From assembly GCA_000992395.1 (NCBI GenBank), contig LBUD01000003.1, positions 1-43,531 of the forward strand: a stretch of DNA of 43,531 nt, given 5' to 3'. Made by a program: the position numbers and the translations under genes. A model generated the notes under the pieces. The model did not search any database and was not told the origin of the DNA. It was given only the letters and a program-made list of their open reading frames with translations. The DNA is from Parcubacteria group bacterium GW2011_GWA2_38_13 (GTDB lineage: Bacteria > Patescibacteriota > Patescibacteriia > Buchananbacterales > GWA2-38-13). Shown piece by piece: positions 1-9,388 of the stretch. The stretch's first letter is position 1; the number at the start of each line of letters is the position of its first letter.

Positions 1-53
1 GACTTAGGCTCTTGGATCTTCTTTAGATCCTTAGAACTTAGTCCTTCGGACAC

Positions 54-97
54 AAACCCCGTATCTATCAACATGATAGGCACGGGGTTTTCTTTTT
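54..97 (+). terminator. Intrinsic terminator of a gene upstream of the window
   Basis: AAACCCCGT-ATCTATCA..TGATAG-GC-ACGGGGTTT stem followed by TCTTTTT. Confidence 0.65.
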
Positions 98-169
98 GTC
101 ATCCTGAATGAAGTGGAGGATCTCACTGCTTATCGAGGGGATTCTTCGGCCATCGGCCTCAGAATGACA
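97..169. repeat. REP-like palindromic element, TGTCATCCTGA...TCAGAATGACA family, copy 1
   Basis: Terminal inverted repeats TGTCATCCTGA/TCAGAATGACA; a related inverted copy lies at 18441-18511. Confidence 0.8.
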
Positions 170-199
170 GAAAAGTATCGGCTCAACGCGCTTGAGCCG
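170..199 (-). terminator. Terminator of the 200..2350 gene
   Basis: Perfect 8-bp stem CGGCTCAA-CGCGC-TTGAGCCG directly after the stop; T-rich tail on the minus strand. Confidence 0.6.
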
Positions 200-2350
200 T
201 TATTTTTTACTCAAATCATAGTAAAACACAAACGCTTTGTCTTGGTCTATGCTTTGCCAGGAGTCCGCTTCTTTTTTCGCTTTCTCGGTTAATTCTTCAA
301 ATTTATCCCAATAGCTTGAAAGCACAAAATATACATTTTGCACGCCTATAAATTTTCCTGCCTCGTTGGCAGTAATTTTTGATGGATTTTTATACACCAT
401 ATCTAAATAGTATTGGTATAAAGGATCGCCGGTCGGGATTGGATAGTAAAAATAATACGCCCCATTCTTTTCATTAAGAAAATATTTTTTAAATCCAAAT
501 TCCCGTATGGCGGCAACAGAGGTCATTTGATTGGCAAGCACTACATAATCGCTTGCTGCCATATCATCAATATATCGCACTGTATTAATGTCTGTTTGAG
601 TAATATTGTACCCCCGATCAAGATGATATGCGTCTGATCGCGGATATGAAATATAAAGCGACGAGGTGATGAAAAAAGACATAAATACAATAATGATAAA
701 ACGCAAAAAAACGGTTTTTTTAAAACTTTGCGCCAAGGCGTAGAGAAGCGCGAAGAAAATTATAGGCAAAAGAAAGTAAAAAGAAATATCAAAAATTCTA
801 TTCGGATAGTTTTGCTGTTCATAGGTTATCAGGGAAGGGAATTGGACTACGATGCGAAGAATAATATAATTGATAAAAAATATAATAAAAAGCATAGGAT
901 ACATAGCCGATGCGCGAATTTTATATTTTCGTATGAGTAAAATAGTTCCAAGCGCGGACACCAACAAGAAAAAAATATGCATATTATTTTCATACCAATA
1001 TGCTATATCATGTATAATATTAAAATTATTATTAATATTTGGAATTAAAAACTCCAATGTGTCTTGAAAAACTCCCACAGTATTAAAAAGTTTGAAAGAA
1101 ACTATTGAAGAGAGTGTTTTTGAAAATTCGGAATTTATTATAAAAATAATCGGAAGCGATATGCATGCCAAAAAACCTGCTTCCAAAAAAAGAAATTTTT
1201 TTAAAATTGAAAATGCCGGGGAATTAAATTTAAGATAATATAATAAACAAATAAACATTATAAATATTATAGCAGGGATGCCTGTTATCGGATGGATGAA
1301 AAGAGTGGCGCACGATAGCGCTATGAGAGGCAATATCCATTTTTTGTCGCCTGTAAAAATTATAATAGGAGAAAGCAGAATAATAATTAAAATAAAAAAA
1401 TTAGCAAGCGCTTGGGGGGTGGTTACGATAAAAGACGAGAAGGGAACCATAAGGAAAGCGGCTGAAGCAAACGGCAAGAAATGGGTTTTTTGCGTTACTT
1501 GGGAAAAAGTGAAATAAAGTATGAGAGGAATAAAAAAAGAAAAAAGCAGCGGGACAAGATATATATCGATAATTGATGTTGAAAGAAAAGAAATTTTTGA
1601 AAGCATCACGACAAGGACATATTGGCCTGTGTAGTAGAGTGGTTTTGGAGTGATGCTTCCTTTTTCCGCAATTATTTTTTCAGTAGCCTGATGTATTATG
1701 GGATCAAATCCATAGCCGAGCTTATAAACAGATATTGCGATGGTTGCGGAAAGAATAAAATGTAAAATCACAAGCCACAATGTGATGTAACTTTTTTTAT
1801 TTTTTACGGCTATGGTCAGCAAAAGCAGGGTGGAAAAAAAATAAAAAGTAAAAAAAACTTTTGGAATAATAAGCCATGGCGATCGTATGGCTTCTCCGGT
1901 AGCTGATGTTACAATAATAAAAAAATTAACGCACTCAAAAAATAAAAAAAGCGCAATAAGCACAAAAACTTTAATACTGATTTTTTTATCTGTTGAATTC
2001 TTAAAACGTAAAACCCCGCTTGCCCGTGGAATAAAAATAAGGCCGACAGCCAATATGCTGATAATAAAAAAAATTGTGAAATTATTAAAAGGTATTATGT
2101 AATACAAGATTGAGCCCGCGATTATTATTATCGCCAGCAAAAATATGCTTCCAAGTATCTTATTCCAGTACGGCCGGTACGTTTTCAGAAAATATATATC
2201 GCCGATGAAATATGAAAATATAAAAAAAAGAAGGCACGAAAAAAATATTCCGATATAGAGATTTTTCCATATCGCCATATTCAAAAAAAGCAAAATAATG
2301 ACAACAAGCGATATGATTGATTTTTTTTGGATTTCTGCTAAATTTATCAT
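200..2350 (-). CDS. Polytopic membrane protein, possibly GT-C-fold glycosyltransferase-like
   Basis: Many TM segments, loop motif YGFDPIIHQA, soluble C-terminal domain; ATG at 2350 (MINLAE) preferred to the GTG at 2365. Confidence 0.6.
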   Translation of the reverse strand: MINLAEIQKKSIISLVVIILLFLNMAIWKNLYIGIFFSCLLFFIFSYFIGDIYFLKTYRPYWNKILGSIFLLAIIIIAGSILYYIIPFNNFTIFFIISILAVGLIFIPRASGVLRFKNSTDKKISIKVFVLIALFLFFECVNFFIIVTSATGEAIRSPWLIIPKVFFTFYFFSTLLLLTIAVKNKKSYITLWLVILHFILSATIAISVYKLGYGFDPIIHQATEKIIAEKGSITPKPLYYTGQYVLVVMLSKISFLSTSIIDIYLVPLLFSFFIPLILYFTFSQVTQKTHFLPFASAAFLMVPFSSFIVTTPQALANFFILIIILLSPIIIFTGDKKWILPLIALSCATLFIHPITGIPAIIFIMFICLLYYLKFNSPAFSILKKFLFLEAGFLACISLPIIFIINSEFSKTLSSIVSFKLFNTVGVFQDTLEFLIPNINNNFNIIHDIAYWYENNMHIFFLLVSALGTILLIRKYKIRASAMYPMLFIIFFINYIILRIVVQFPSLITYEQQNYPNRIFDISFYFLLPIIFFALLYALAQSFKKTVFLRFIIIVFMSFFITSSLYISYPRSDAYHLDRGYNITQTDINTVRYIDDMAASDYVVLANQMTSVAAIREFGFKKYFLNEKNGAYYFYYPIPTGDPLYQYYLDMVYKNPSKITANEAGKFIGVQNVYFVLSSYWDKFEELTEKAKKEADSWQSIDQDKAFVFYYDLSKK

Positions 2351-2411
2351 ATAGTTATTGTACACAATACTTAAGATATTGACAATTATATGGTATAATT
2401 CAAATGAACCT

Positions 2412-4010
2412 ATGATTGAAGAAAAGACAAGGCAGAAGTATTACTTCGGCTCGCTTATTGCATGGGGGTTGTTTTTTGTATTGGTATATTGTAATTTTTT
2501 GCTGGCGACAGTCCAGGATTCGGGCAATAGAATTTTTAATTCTCCGGATGAAAACGCGAATTATTTATTTACGAAACTCTATTCGGAAAAAAGCGAATTT
2601 TTTATACCGGAGCCCGAGAATGCAAAATATACAAATATTATTTTTCCGAGGTCAGTGCATGTAGCCGAGGACGGAATGCTTTTATCCGGAAGTTTTATCG
2701 GAATAATTATCATATACGGTTTGTTGGCAAAATTTTTTGGAATTTGGATTATTATTTTTCTTACACCAATCATATCTTTTTTCGGCGCTATATTTTTTTT
2801 CAAATTAATAAAAGAAATATTTTCAAAAAAAATCGCATTTATTTCAACGCTGTTATTATTTATATTTCCTGCATGGTGGTATTATAACAGCCGTTCAATG
2901 TTTCATAATATTCTTTTTGTAAATTTTATTATTTTTTTTCTTTATTGTTTTATAAAATTTTTGCGCAATAGGCGCGTTTCATATATTGTCGGGTCGCTTG
3001 CTTTTTTTGCTTTGGCGCTTTTTACTCGTTTTTCAGAAATAGTATGGATAGCTCCTGGTTTTTTTGCGTTGTTAATCGCCAGTAAGAAATATATTTCGTG
3101 GAAAATATTTATAAGCATGATGTGCTTATTTTTTGCCATAATCCTTGGTATTGTATACGCAAATATAAAAATTTTTGGAAATGCCATAACCGCAGGATAT
3201 TCATATGAATTAGAAAGCGCGTCGGCAATCAGTAATGTATTCAACATGATATTTCCTTTTGGATTTCACCCAAAAAGAGCTTTTATAAATTTTTATAATT
3301 ATTATCCCTATTTATTATGGTGGTTTTTCATACCAAGTATTTTAGGATTTATTTTTATGCTTAAAAAGTTTCGCCGGCTTGCGCAGGAACAAAAATATTA
3401 TATTTTTGGATTTTGTTGCGTATCAGTGTTTCTTATTTTGTATTATGGTTCATGGACAATAACAGATAATTTAGATCCTTCTAAAATTACCATAGGAACT
3501 TCCTATGTTCGGTACTGGCTGTGTATATATATTTTTTCACTGCCTTTCGCGGCGTATTTTTTTCAGAAGTTGCTTAGCGTAATCAAAAATAGAAAATTGA
3601 AGATGGCAACAATATTTATTTTAATGGTAGCGCTTGCCTATTTATCATTTGATCTTGTTTGGTTGAATTCAGAAGAAAGCCTTCTGGCGGTGCAAAAATC
3701 AATCAACGGATATTATATGAAAAGAGATTTGGTTTCTAGTATTATTTCAGATGATTCAATGATAGTGACGGAAAAATCAGATAAAATTTTTTTTCCAAAA
3801 TATAAAATTATTTCCGAGCCAAATAATGAAAAAGTCATTCAAAATGTGAAAAAAATGATTAGCGACGGTATTCCAATATATTATTATACTTTTTTGGGTG
3901 ATAATGATATTAATGTATATAATAGTTATTTGGATTCTTTTGGGATGAAACTCAATAATAAAATCCGCATATTTGGAAATGAAAATTTGTATTCCATGGA
4001 AATAAAATAG
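2412..4010 (+). CDS. GT-C membrane glycosyltransferase (ArnT/PMT-like, GT39/83)
   Basis: FNSPDENANY acidic motif after TM1 and many TMs; ATG 2412 (MIEEK) follows an extended -10 TGGTATAAT at 2391-2399. Confidence 0.7.
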   Translation: MIEEKTRQKYYFGSLIAWGLFFVLVYCNFLLATVQDSGNRIFNSPDENANYLFTKLYSEKSEFFIPEPENAKYTNIIFPRSVHVAEDGMLLSGSFIGIIIIYGLLAKFFGIWIIIFLTPIISFFGAIFFFKLIKEIFSKKIAFISTLLLFIFPAWWYYNSRSMFHNILFVNFIIFFLYCFIKFLRNRRVSYIVGSLAFFALALFTRFSEIVWIAPGFFALLIASKKYISWKIFISMMCLFFAIILGIVYANIKIFGNAITAGYSYELESASAISNVFNMIFPFGFHPKRAFINFYNYYPYLLWWFFIPSILGFIFMLKKFRRLAQEQKYYIFGFCCVSVFLILYYGSWTITDNLDPSKITIGTSYVRYWLCIYIFSLPFAAYFFQKLLSVIKNRKLKMATIFILMVALAYLSFDLVWLNSEESLLAVQKSINGYYMKRDLVSSIISDDSMIVTEKSDKIFFPKYKIISEPNNEKVIQNVKKMISDGIPIYYYTFLGDNDINVYNSYLDSFGMKLNNKIRIFGNENLYSMEIK

Positions 4011-4021
4011 GCTTGTATCAT

Positions 4022-5539
4022 ATGGGCATAAAAAAAATATTATTTATAACACTTCGTTTAATATTTTTTTTGTTGCCAATTGCGCTGGCGTTGCGGCTTT
4101 TATATAAAGATTTTGTTGTGTCGGGACAGCTGACGGCAGAATATGATTTTAAAACCCCGTCTCCATTTATAAGCGTTTTACGTCCGCAGTCAAGGGTAAG
4201 TGAAATATCCCATAATGATAGCGGTGATTATTTTCAAACCATTCATGATGAACCGGTATATTTTGATATCAGAATGCCGAGAATGTTGGATACCGCGAAA
4301 GTATCTATTGTTTATAAAAACATAGATCAGCGAATTTTTGAAGCAGGCGCCATGACAAACAAGGATCAATGGATTTTCGATTTAAAGCCGGTGGAAAATA
4401 ATATTATTGATTATCTTTTTCAGGATAAATTGCGATGGACCATGATTCGCGATCAGGACGTGGTTTTATTCCAGCGAAATAAAAAATTTCAATCCATAAA
4501 AGATTTTTTAGAAAATCTTCCGGCAAATGAAAAGATTGCAACGTATAATTATGCTATTCCAAAAGATTACGTAATGAAAAATTATATTGCCCGTCAAAAC
4601 GGTGTTACGATAAATAAAACTTTGCGCGGTACACATCGCATGTACACGTATATAAAAAACGAACCAATAGATATGGAAATATGGATACAAGATGTAAATA
4701 GGCACGCGGGTGATGATTACGCAAGCATTGATATAATAAATAAAGATTCCGAATCAATATACAGTAACTTTATAAAGCTTGATAATGATGCTCAATCCAG
4801 CCTAACAATGTCCGAAGTTCGGGAAGAGCATATTGTTGTGGATAATGTGCCTGAGGGATTATATAAAATAGAAATCACATCGCCAAGTGATGATATATTT
4901 ATACGAAGGATAGCCGCGAATTGCAGTTATCTTGTGTTTATAAACAAGGTGTATCTTGGCGACAACGTTGGATATTCAGATGAATTTATTCAAGAAAGAA
5001 TGGAACCAACGCTTTTACATACAAATGGAAAAAATATTTCAGCAATCACAACCCATGTAGAGGGATTGCAAACCTTATTGGTAAATAATATTGTTTTAAA
5101 TATTGACGATACCCATAAAGAATTTATAACACAGGTTAATTTTAAATTTAAAAAAATTATAGTTCCAAGAAACGACATAACCATAGAAACAAAAGGAATG
5201 ATATCTTTTTCGGACAATAATTTTTTTAATCCGGAATTTGCAACTTTATCCGACGGAAGCGAATTTGATATGGATGCTATTTCTTATGTTATAGCGAAAT
5301 ATGGGGACGGCAAGGAACTGGATAATGATTGGAGAGAGGCAAAACTTGTTTTTAATTCTTCAAAATATTATACCGGCGATTCAATGCTTCATTTTGTTTT
5401 GTCATTGCCGTATATTAAAACAGGTGATACGGGGGTATTAATTTCTCATATTACAGTAGAAATGAGCGGATCGCCTTTGTCGTCCCAATCTATTTTTACC
5501 CTTATAAAAAACAAGATAAAAGAATATATAGTATTATAA
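4022..5539 (+). CDS. Membrane-anchored extracytoplasmic hypothetical protein
   Basis: Long ORF with an N-terminal TM helix and a beta-rich soluble part; operonic spacing. Confidence 0.7.
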   Translation: MGIKKILFITLRLIFFLLPIALALRLLYKDFVVSGQLTAEYDFKTPSPFISVLRPQSRVSEISHNDSGDYFQTIHDEPVYFDIRMPRMLDTAKVSIVYKNIDQRIFEAGAMTNKDQWIFDLKPVENNIIDYLFQDKLRWTMIRDQDVVLFQRNKKFQSIKDFLENLPANEKIATYNYAIPKDYVMKNYIARQNGVTINKTLRGTHRMYTYIKNEPIDMEIWIQDVNRHAGDDYASIDIINKDSESIYSNFIKLDNDAQSSLTMSEVREEHIVVDNVPEGLYKIEITSPSDDIFIRRIAANCSYLVFINKVYLGDNVGYSDEFIQERMEPTLLHTNGKNISAITTHVEGLQTLLVNNIVLNIDDTHKEFITQVNFKFKKIIVPRNDITIETKGMISFSDNNFFNPEFATLSDGSEFDMDAISYVIAKYGDGKELDNDWREAKLVFNSSKYYTGDSMLHFVLSLPYIKTGDTGVLISHITVEMSGSPLSSQSIFTLIKNKIKEYIVL

Positions 5540-5542
5540 AAT

Positions 5543-5935
5543 ATGAAATTATTTATAGTAAAAATCGCGCAATATATTTTTGAATCGCTTTGCATTGCGC
5601 TTTTTCTTTTGTTTGGAATGGAATTTATGAAAACGGGGGTAGTTACAAATTATATAAATTTTAATCTTCTACTGACGCTTACATTGATTTTTGGAATTAT
5701 CGTGGTATTATTAAATAACGGAAGCGAAGAAAAAAACAGTAAATTTAAAATAATGAATACGGTATGGCGTGTTATATTCTCCGTTGCAATCGGTATGGTT
5801 TGCGTCATAATCGCTGGACAAGCTTTGATGGATCAGTCGAATTTTGGAGCTATCGCGCGGGTCGCGTATATAATGCCATGGGTTATGGGTTTTGGGGCAG
5901 GACTTAGCGTATACGCGATAATACATAAAAAATAA
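5543..5935 (+). CDS. Small four-TM membrane protein
   Basis: Four hydrophobic segments; 3 bp from the upstream stop. Confidence 0.7.
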   Translation: MKLFIVKIAQYIFESLCIALFLLFGMEFMKTGVVTNYINFNLLLTLTLIFGIIVVLLNNGSEEKNSKFKIMNTVWRVIFSVAIGMVCVIIAGQALMDQSNFGAIARVAYIMPWVMGFGAGLSVYAIIHKK

Positions 5936-5941
5936 AATTTT

Positions 5942-6292
5942 ATGAATTGCATATTTTGTAAAATTGTATCGGGCGAAATTCCGTGTGCAAAAGTATATGA
6001 AGATGAAAAAATTTTAGCTTTTTTGGATATTAAACCAGTAAATTTAGGGCATGTTCTTGTGATTCCAAAAGAACATTATGCGAATATGCTTGAAACTCCC
6101 CATGATATAATCGCCGGTATTTTTCAAAAATCAAAAGAACTGATGATATCTATCAAAACTGCGATGAGCGCGGATTTTGTTGTTTTGTCTGTGGTTGGAA
6201 TTGATGTGCCTCATTTTCATATTCATTTGTTACCGCGGTATTCAAGCGATGGTTTGCATAATTTCTGGCCGACGAAATTGATTGAAGTTTGA
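5942..6292 (+). CDS. hit: HIT family nucleotide hydrolase, C-terminus possibly shortened
   Basis: CIFCKI zinc motif, GHVLVIPKEH, histidine triad VPHFHIH. Confidence 0.9.
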   Translation: MNCIFCKIVSGEIPCAKVYEDEKILAFLDIKPVNLGHVLVIPKEHYANMLETPHDIIAGIFQKSKELMISIKTAMSADFVVLSVVGIDVPHFHIHLLPRYSSDGLHNFWPTKLIEV

Positions 6293-6296
6293 AATT

Positions 6297-6321
6297 GTAG
6301 GGGTTTGCCGGTGGCAAACCC
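6297..6321 (+). repeat. GTAG-type REP-like hairpin
   Basis: GTAG followed by perfect 9-bp stem GGGTTTGCC-GGT-GGCAAACCC. Confidence 0.55.
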
Positions 6322-6363
6322 GATAAAGAAAGCCGCAGACGGCAGATTATAGACGATAAGAAT

Positions 6364-6426
6364 TATATGTCGTGTACGTCTTATAAGACCTATAAGTCCT
6401 ATATGTCGTATAAGTCTAATAAGTCT
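6364..6426. repeat. Degenerate 9-bp tandem repeat, 7 units (TATAAGTCY consensus)
   Basis: tatatgtcg tgtacgtct tataagacc tataagtcc tatatgtcg tataagtct aataagtct. Confidence 0.85.
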
Positions 6427-6440
6427 CATGGCTGTTAAAT

Positions 6441-6464
6441 AAAAAAGCAGTCCATGAGGACTGC
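6441..6464 (-). terminator. Intrinsic terminator of 6471..6779
   Basis: GCAGTCC-ATGA-GGACTGC stem preceded by A6 on the plus strand. Confidence 0.7.
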
Positions 6465-6470
6465 CTTAGA

Positions 6471-6779
6471 TCATTCTAGCGAGCCATGAAATTCGGGATA
6501 ATAGCTACCATAAAGAATTCGGTAAGCAAAGCTATGGACATTGTGCATTGTACGAAAGTTTTCGGGGATCTCTTCAACATTTTTTTCTATCAGCTTTCTG
6601 AGTATTAGCTTATCGGCTACGCCCAAATGTTGCCGTTTCGGCGGTGATGACAAATGGTATCCGTTAAGATCCAGATCTATGAAGAAATCTTCGGTATAAA
6701 ATTCAATAAATTTACAGGCGATTTCCAGTATTTTGGCGATTAACTCATTTTTTGAAAGTATACCTATACCCTTTATCAT
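6471..6779 (-). CDS. Hypothetical protein, accessory
   Basis: 102-aa ORF with AGGAG SD at 6787-6791 (minus strand) and its own terminator. Confidence 0.6.
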   Translation of the reverse strand: MIKGIGILSKNELIAKILEIACKFIEFYTEDFFIDLDLNGYHLSSPPKRQHLGVADKLILRKLIEKNVEEIPENFRTMHNVHSFAYRILYGSYYPEFHGSLE

Positions 6780-6848
6780 TATTTTACTCCTGTTGTGGAT
6801 GTTAATGTACGATTTAATACTATATAATAAATATTTAATTTCGTCAAT

Positions 6849-7871
6849 ATGCCTAAAAAATTATTAGTAACCGGCGGGGCGGGATTTATCGGATCAAACT
6901 TTGTCCGTTATTGGCTTAATCATCATCCTGACGACGACGTGATAAATTTTGATGCGCTTACATACGCAGGAAATTTAGAAAATCTTAAAGATATTGAAAA
7001 AAATCCGCGCTATAAGTTTATCCAAGGTGATATTGGAGACCTGGAGCACAATAAAAAATTATTCCATGATGAGTTGGTTGATGTTGTTGTTAATTTTGCA
7101 GCCGAATCCCATAATGGCCGGGCAATGGTGGAGCCGGATATTTTTGTAAAAACCAATGTCTTGGGCACTCAAATGCTTTTAGAGGCGGCGAAAGAAAGCG
7201 GGATTAAAAGATTCCACCATGTTTCCACCTGTGAAGTGTTTGGAGATTTGGCATTAGATGAGAAACGCGCTTTTAAAGAAAGCGATCCTTACGCGCCGAA
7301 AACGCCCTATAATGCTTCAAAAGCCGGCGCTAACCATGAAGTAATGGCATATTTTCATACATTTAAGCTGCCCATTACTATCAGCCACTGTTCAAATAAT
7401 TTTGGCCCATTTCAATTTCCGGAAAAGGTTATCCCTCGATTTATAACCAACGCTATTGATAACAAAGAGTTGCCATTATTTAAGAGCAGCCAAAATAAAA
7501 GAGAGTGGTTGCATACCATTGATCACTGCCGGGCTATTGATATGATTATTGAAAAAGGAAAAATCGGCGAAGCTTACAATATAGGCAGCGGAGTGGAAAA
7601 AAGCGTGGAAGAGATAACAGGCGCGATCCTAAAAAGATTACATAAGCCCGATACTTTAAAAATTTATGTTGAAGACCGGCCAGGGCATGATCGGCGCTAT
7701 CTTTTAGATACGACGAAAATTAAAAATGAACTTGGCTGGGAGCCGATAATTGAATTTGAAAAAGGCATGGATGAAGTTGTTGACTGGTATGTAAAAAATG
7801 AAAAATGGTGGCGGCCGTTGCTTGGCAAAGGATTTGTTGAAAACTACCAAAAGATTACAAAAATAAAATAA
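6849..7871 (+). CDS. rfbB: dTDP-glucose 4,6-dehydratase (RmlB/RfbB)
   Basis: TGGAGFIGSNF, DALTYAGN, AAESH, YxxxK (YNASK), NNFGPFQFPEK, DRPGHDRRY. Confidence 0.9.
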   Translation: MPKKLLVTGGAGFIGSNFVRYWLNHHPDDDVINFDALTYAGNLENLKDIEKNPRYKFIQGDIGDLEHNKKLFHDELVDVVVNFAAESHNGRAMVEPDIFVKTNVLGTQMLLEAAKESGIKRFHHVSTCEVFGDLALDEKRAFKESDPYAPKTPYNASKAGANHEVMAYFHTFKLPITISHCSNNFGPFQFPEKVIPRFITNAIDNKELPLFKSSQNKREWLHTIDHCRAIDMIIEKGKIGEAYNIGSGVEKSVEEITGAILKRLHKPDTLKIYVEDRPGHDRRYLLDTTKIKNELGWEPIIEFEKGMDEVVDWYVKNEKWWRPLLGKGFVENYQKITKIK

Positions 7872-7885
7872 ATTTTCAATTCCTT

Positions 7886-8451
7886 ATGAATGAAGTACAA
7901 ATAGCGCAAATGATTTATCCTTCCGTGGTCACCTGTATTGGTGACTGGAAAAAAATGCTTGAAGAGGTAAAAAAATTTCGCCTCACGGAAATATCATTAT
8001 TTCTTACTACCGCTGGCGTTAATGAGAGGAAAAAAATTTATGCCGAGCTCGCCAAGACCTCTGTAAAAAAAATTCCTCACGTGCACGCGCGAAACGATAT
8101 GAAAGAAGAGGAGCTGGATTATCTGGTGAAAATGTATAAAACCGAAGCGTTTACCATACATTTTCAATTTCACATTACTATCAATTTTTAGCGCACACGC
8201 CGGATTTTCACGAAAGAGATAAAAAAATGGCAAGCATGTTTACCGTAGGATGCAATCATATCAGCGCGGTTAATAGCGATGATTGGAGTTCCCATACGGC
8301 GCATTCCAAAAAAGAATTTGATTATCTTGCGAAATTGCCAAAAAAATTATTTTCAAAATATTTGAACCTGGAATTGTCAAATTCACTCCATGAGCAGTTG
8401 GAATTTAAAAAATACATAGCCCGCCTGCTTGCGAAAGCATGGAATACATAG
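7886..8451 (+). pseudogene. Frameshifted, probably internally deleted hypothetical protein (putative TIM-barrel/metal-binding family)
   Basis: ORF 7886..8191 (IPHVHAR...FTIH) continues in the -1 frame from about 8170 (SHYYQF...GCNHISAV...LELSNSLHEQLE) into 8227..8451. Confidence 0.6.
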
Positions 8452-8466
8452 TAATATATACAAGGT

Positions 8467-8907
8467 ATGCATGTATTGCCAAAAATCGTATTACGATCTC
8501 GCGGCCCGATAATAGCATCTGATGCTATTGTTTGCAATGCGAAAAAAGAGATTTTGTTAACAAAGCGCAATATCGAGCCATTCCGCGGTAAGTGGGTTTT
8601 GCCGGGCGGACACGTAAAATACGGGGAAACAATTGAGAATGCTTTACAAAGAGAGGTTGAGGAAGAAACAGGCTATAAAGTTATGATAGAAAAGCTTCAT
8701 GGGGTATATTCAAATCCAAAGCGCGATCCAAGGTATCATATTATTTGTATTTGCTTTATTTGTAAAATTGTTTCGGGTGACGCAAAAATAAATTTTGAGG
8801 TTGGAGAAATAAAGTTTTTTTCCTTGAAATCGCTTCCGCGGAAGATGGGGTTTGATCATAGGAAAATAATACAAGATTTTATAAATAATAAAGGAAAGCA
8901 GAGATAA
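8467..8907 (+). CDS. NUDIX hydrolase
   Basis: Nudix box GGHVKYGETIENALQREVEEETG; SNPKRDPR motif of ADP-ribose pyrophosphatase-like proteins. Confidence 0.9.
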   Translation: MHVLPKIVLRSRGPIIASDAIVCNAKKEILLTKRNIEPFRGKWVLPGGHVKYGETIENALQREVEEETGYKVMIEKLHGVYSNPKRDPRYHIICICFICKIVSGDAKINFEVGEIKFFSLKSLPRKMGFDHRKIIQDFINNKGKQR

Positions 8908-8938
8908 TTTCTATAATCGGCTAAAAAATGCTATAATA

Positions 8939-8967
8939 TTGACAGATGTGGATAAGTGATATAATAT
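8939..8967 (+). promoter_or_regulatory. Sigma70 promoter with a perfect DnaA box in its spacer
   Basis: TTGACA (8939) N17 TAATAT; TGTGGATAA, the reverse complement of TTATCCACA, at 8947-8955. Confidence 0.6.
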
Positions 8968-8998
8968 AGTTATGCATTAGAGTATTTATCTAAAAAAT

Positions 8999-9379
8999 AT
9001 GAAAAATTTATATTGGAATACCAAAAAATCAGGTGTGGCCAGGGTTATAATATTTCCAGTTGGTAAAAAATATAAAGCCATTTGTCTTGATTTTGATATT
9101 ATCGAAGAAGCCTCATCTTTTGATAGGGTCGAAGAGCGAGTTAGAGAAGCCGTTAGAGGTTATGTGGTTAATATTTGTAAGAATAATTTAGACGATAATT
9201 TATTAAATAGACATGCAGATGGAAGGTATTGGAAAATATATGAAAGATATTTAAAAATGATAAGCCATAAAAGACAAATCCAAAGAAGAGGATCAAATCC
9301 AAATTTTAATAGACTAACTTTAAATTCATGGCCAGTTCAAGAATTAATGAAACAGCAAGCGTGTCCTTCAAGTTGTTAA
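8999..9379 (+). CDS. HicB-like antitoxin (partial RNase H fold)
   Basis: Pattern VIIF..KKYKAICLDFDIIEEASSFDRVEERVREAVRGY; adjacent HicA-like gene. Confidence 0.55.
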   Translation: MKNLYWNTKKSGVARVIIFPVGKKYKAICLDFDIIEEASSFDRVEERVREAVRGYVVNICKNNLDDNLLNRHADGRYWKIYERYLKMISHKRQIQRRGSNPNFNRLTLNSWPVQELMKQQACPSSC

Positions 9380-9388
9380 TATATATTT

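Noticed and set aside
2008..2032. GC-rich patch (IPRASGVL) in the first membrane gene as another in-frame repeat insertion
   Set aside because: Only a partial hairpin and no second copy in the window. The same applies to TCASGARR in the pilin leader at about 26571-26592.
6364..6426. Possible CRISPR array in the 9-bp repeats or the heptamer arrays
   Set aside because: Units are 7-9 bp, contiguous, lack unique spacers, and no cas genes are present.
6223..6429. 68-aa minus-strand ORF MRLIRLIRHIGLIG
   Set aside because: It is a translation of the 9-bp repeat and overlaps hit antisense.
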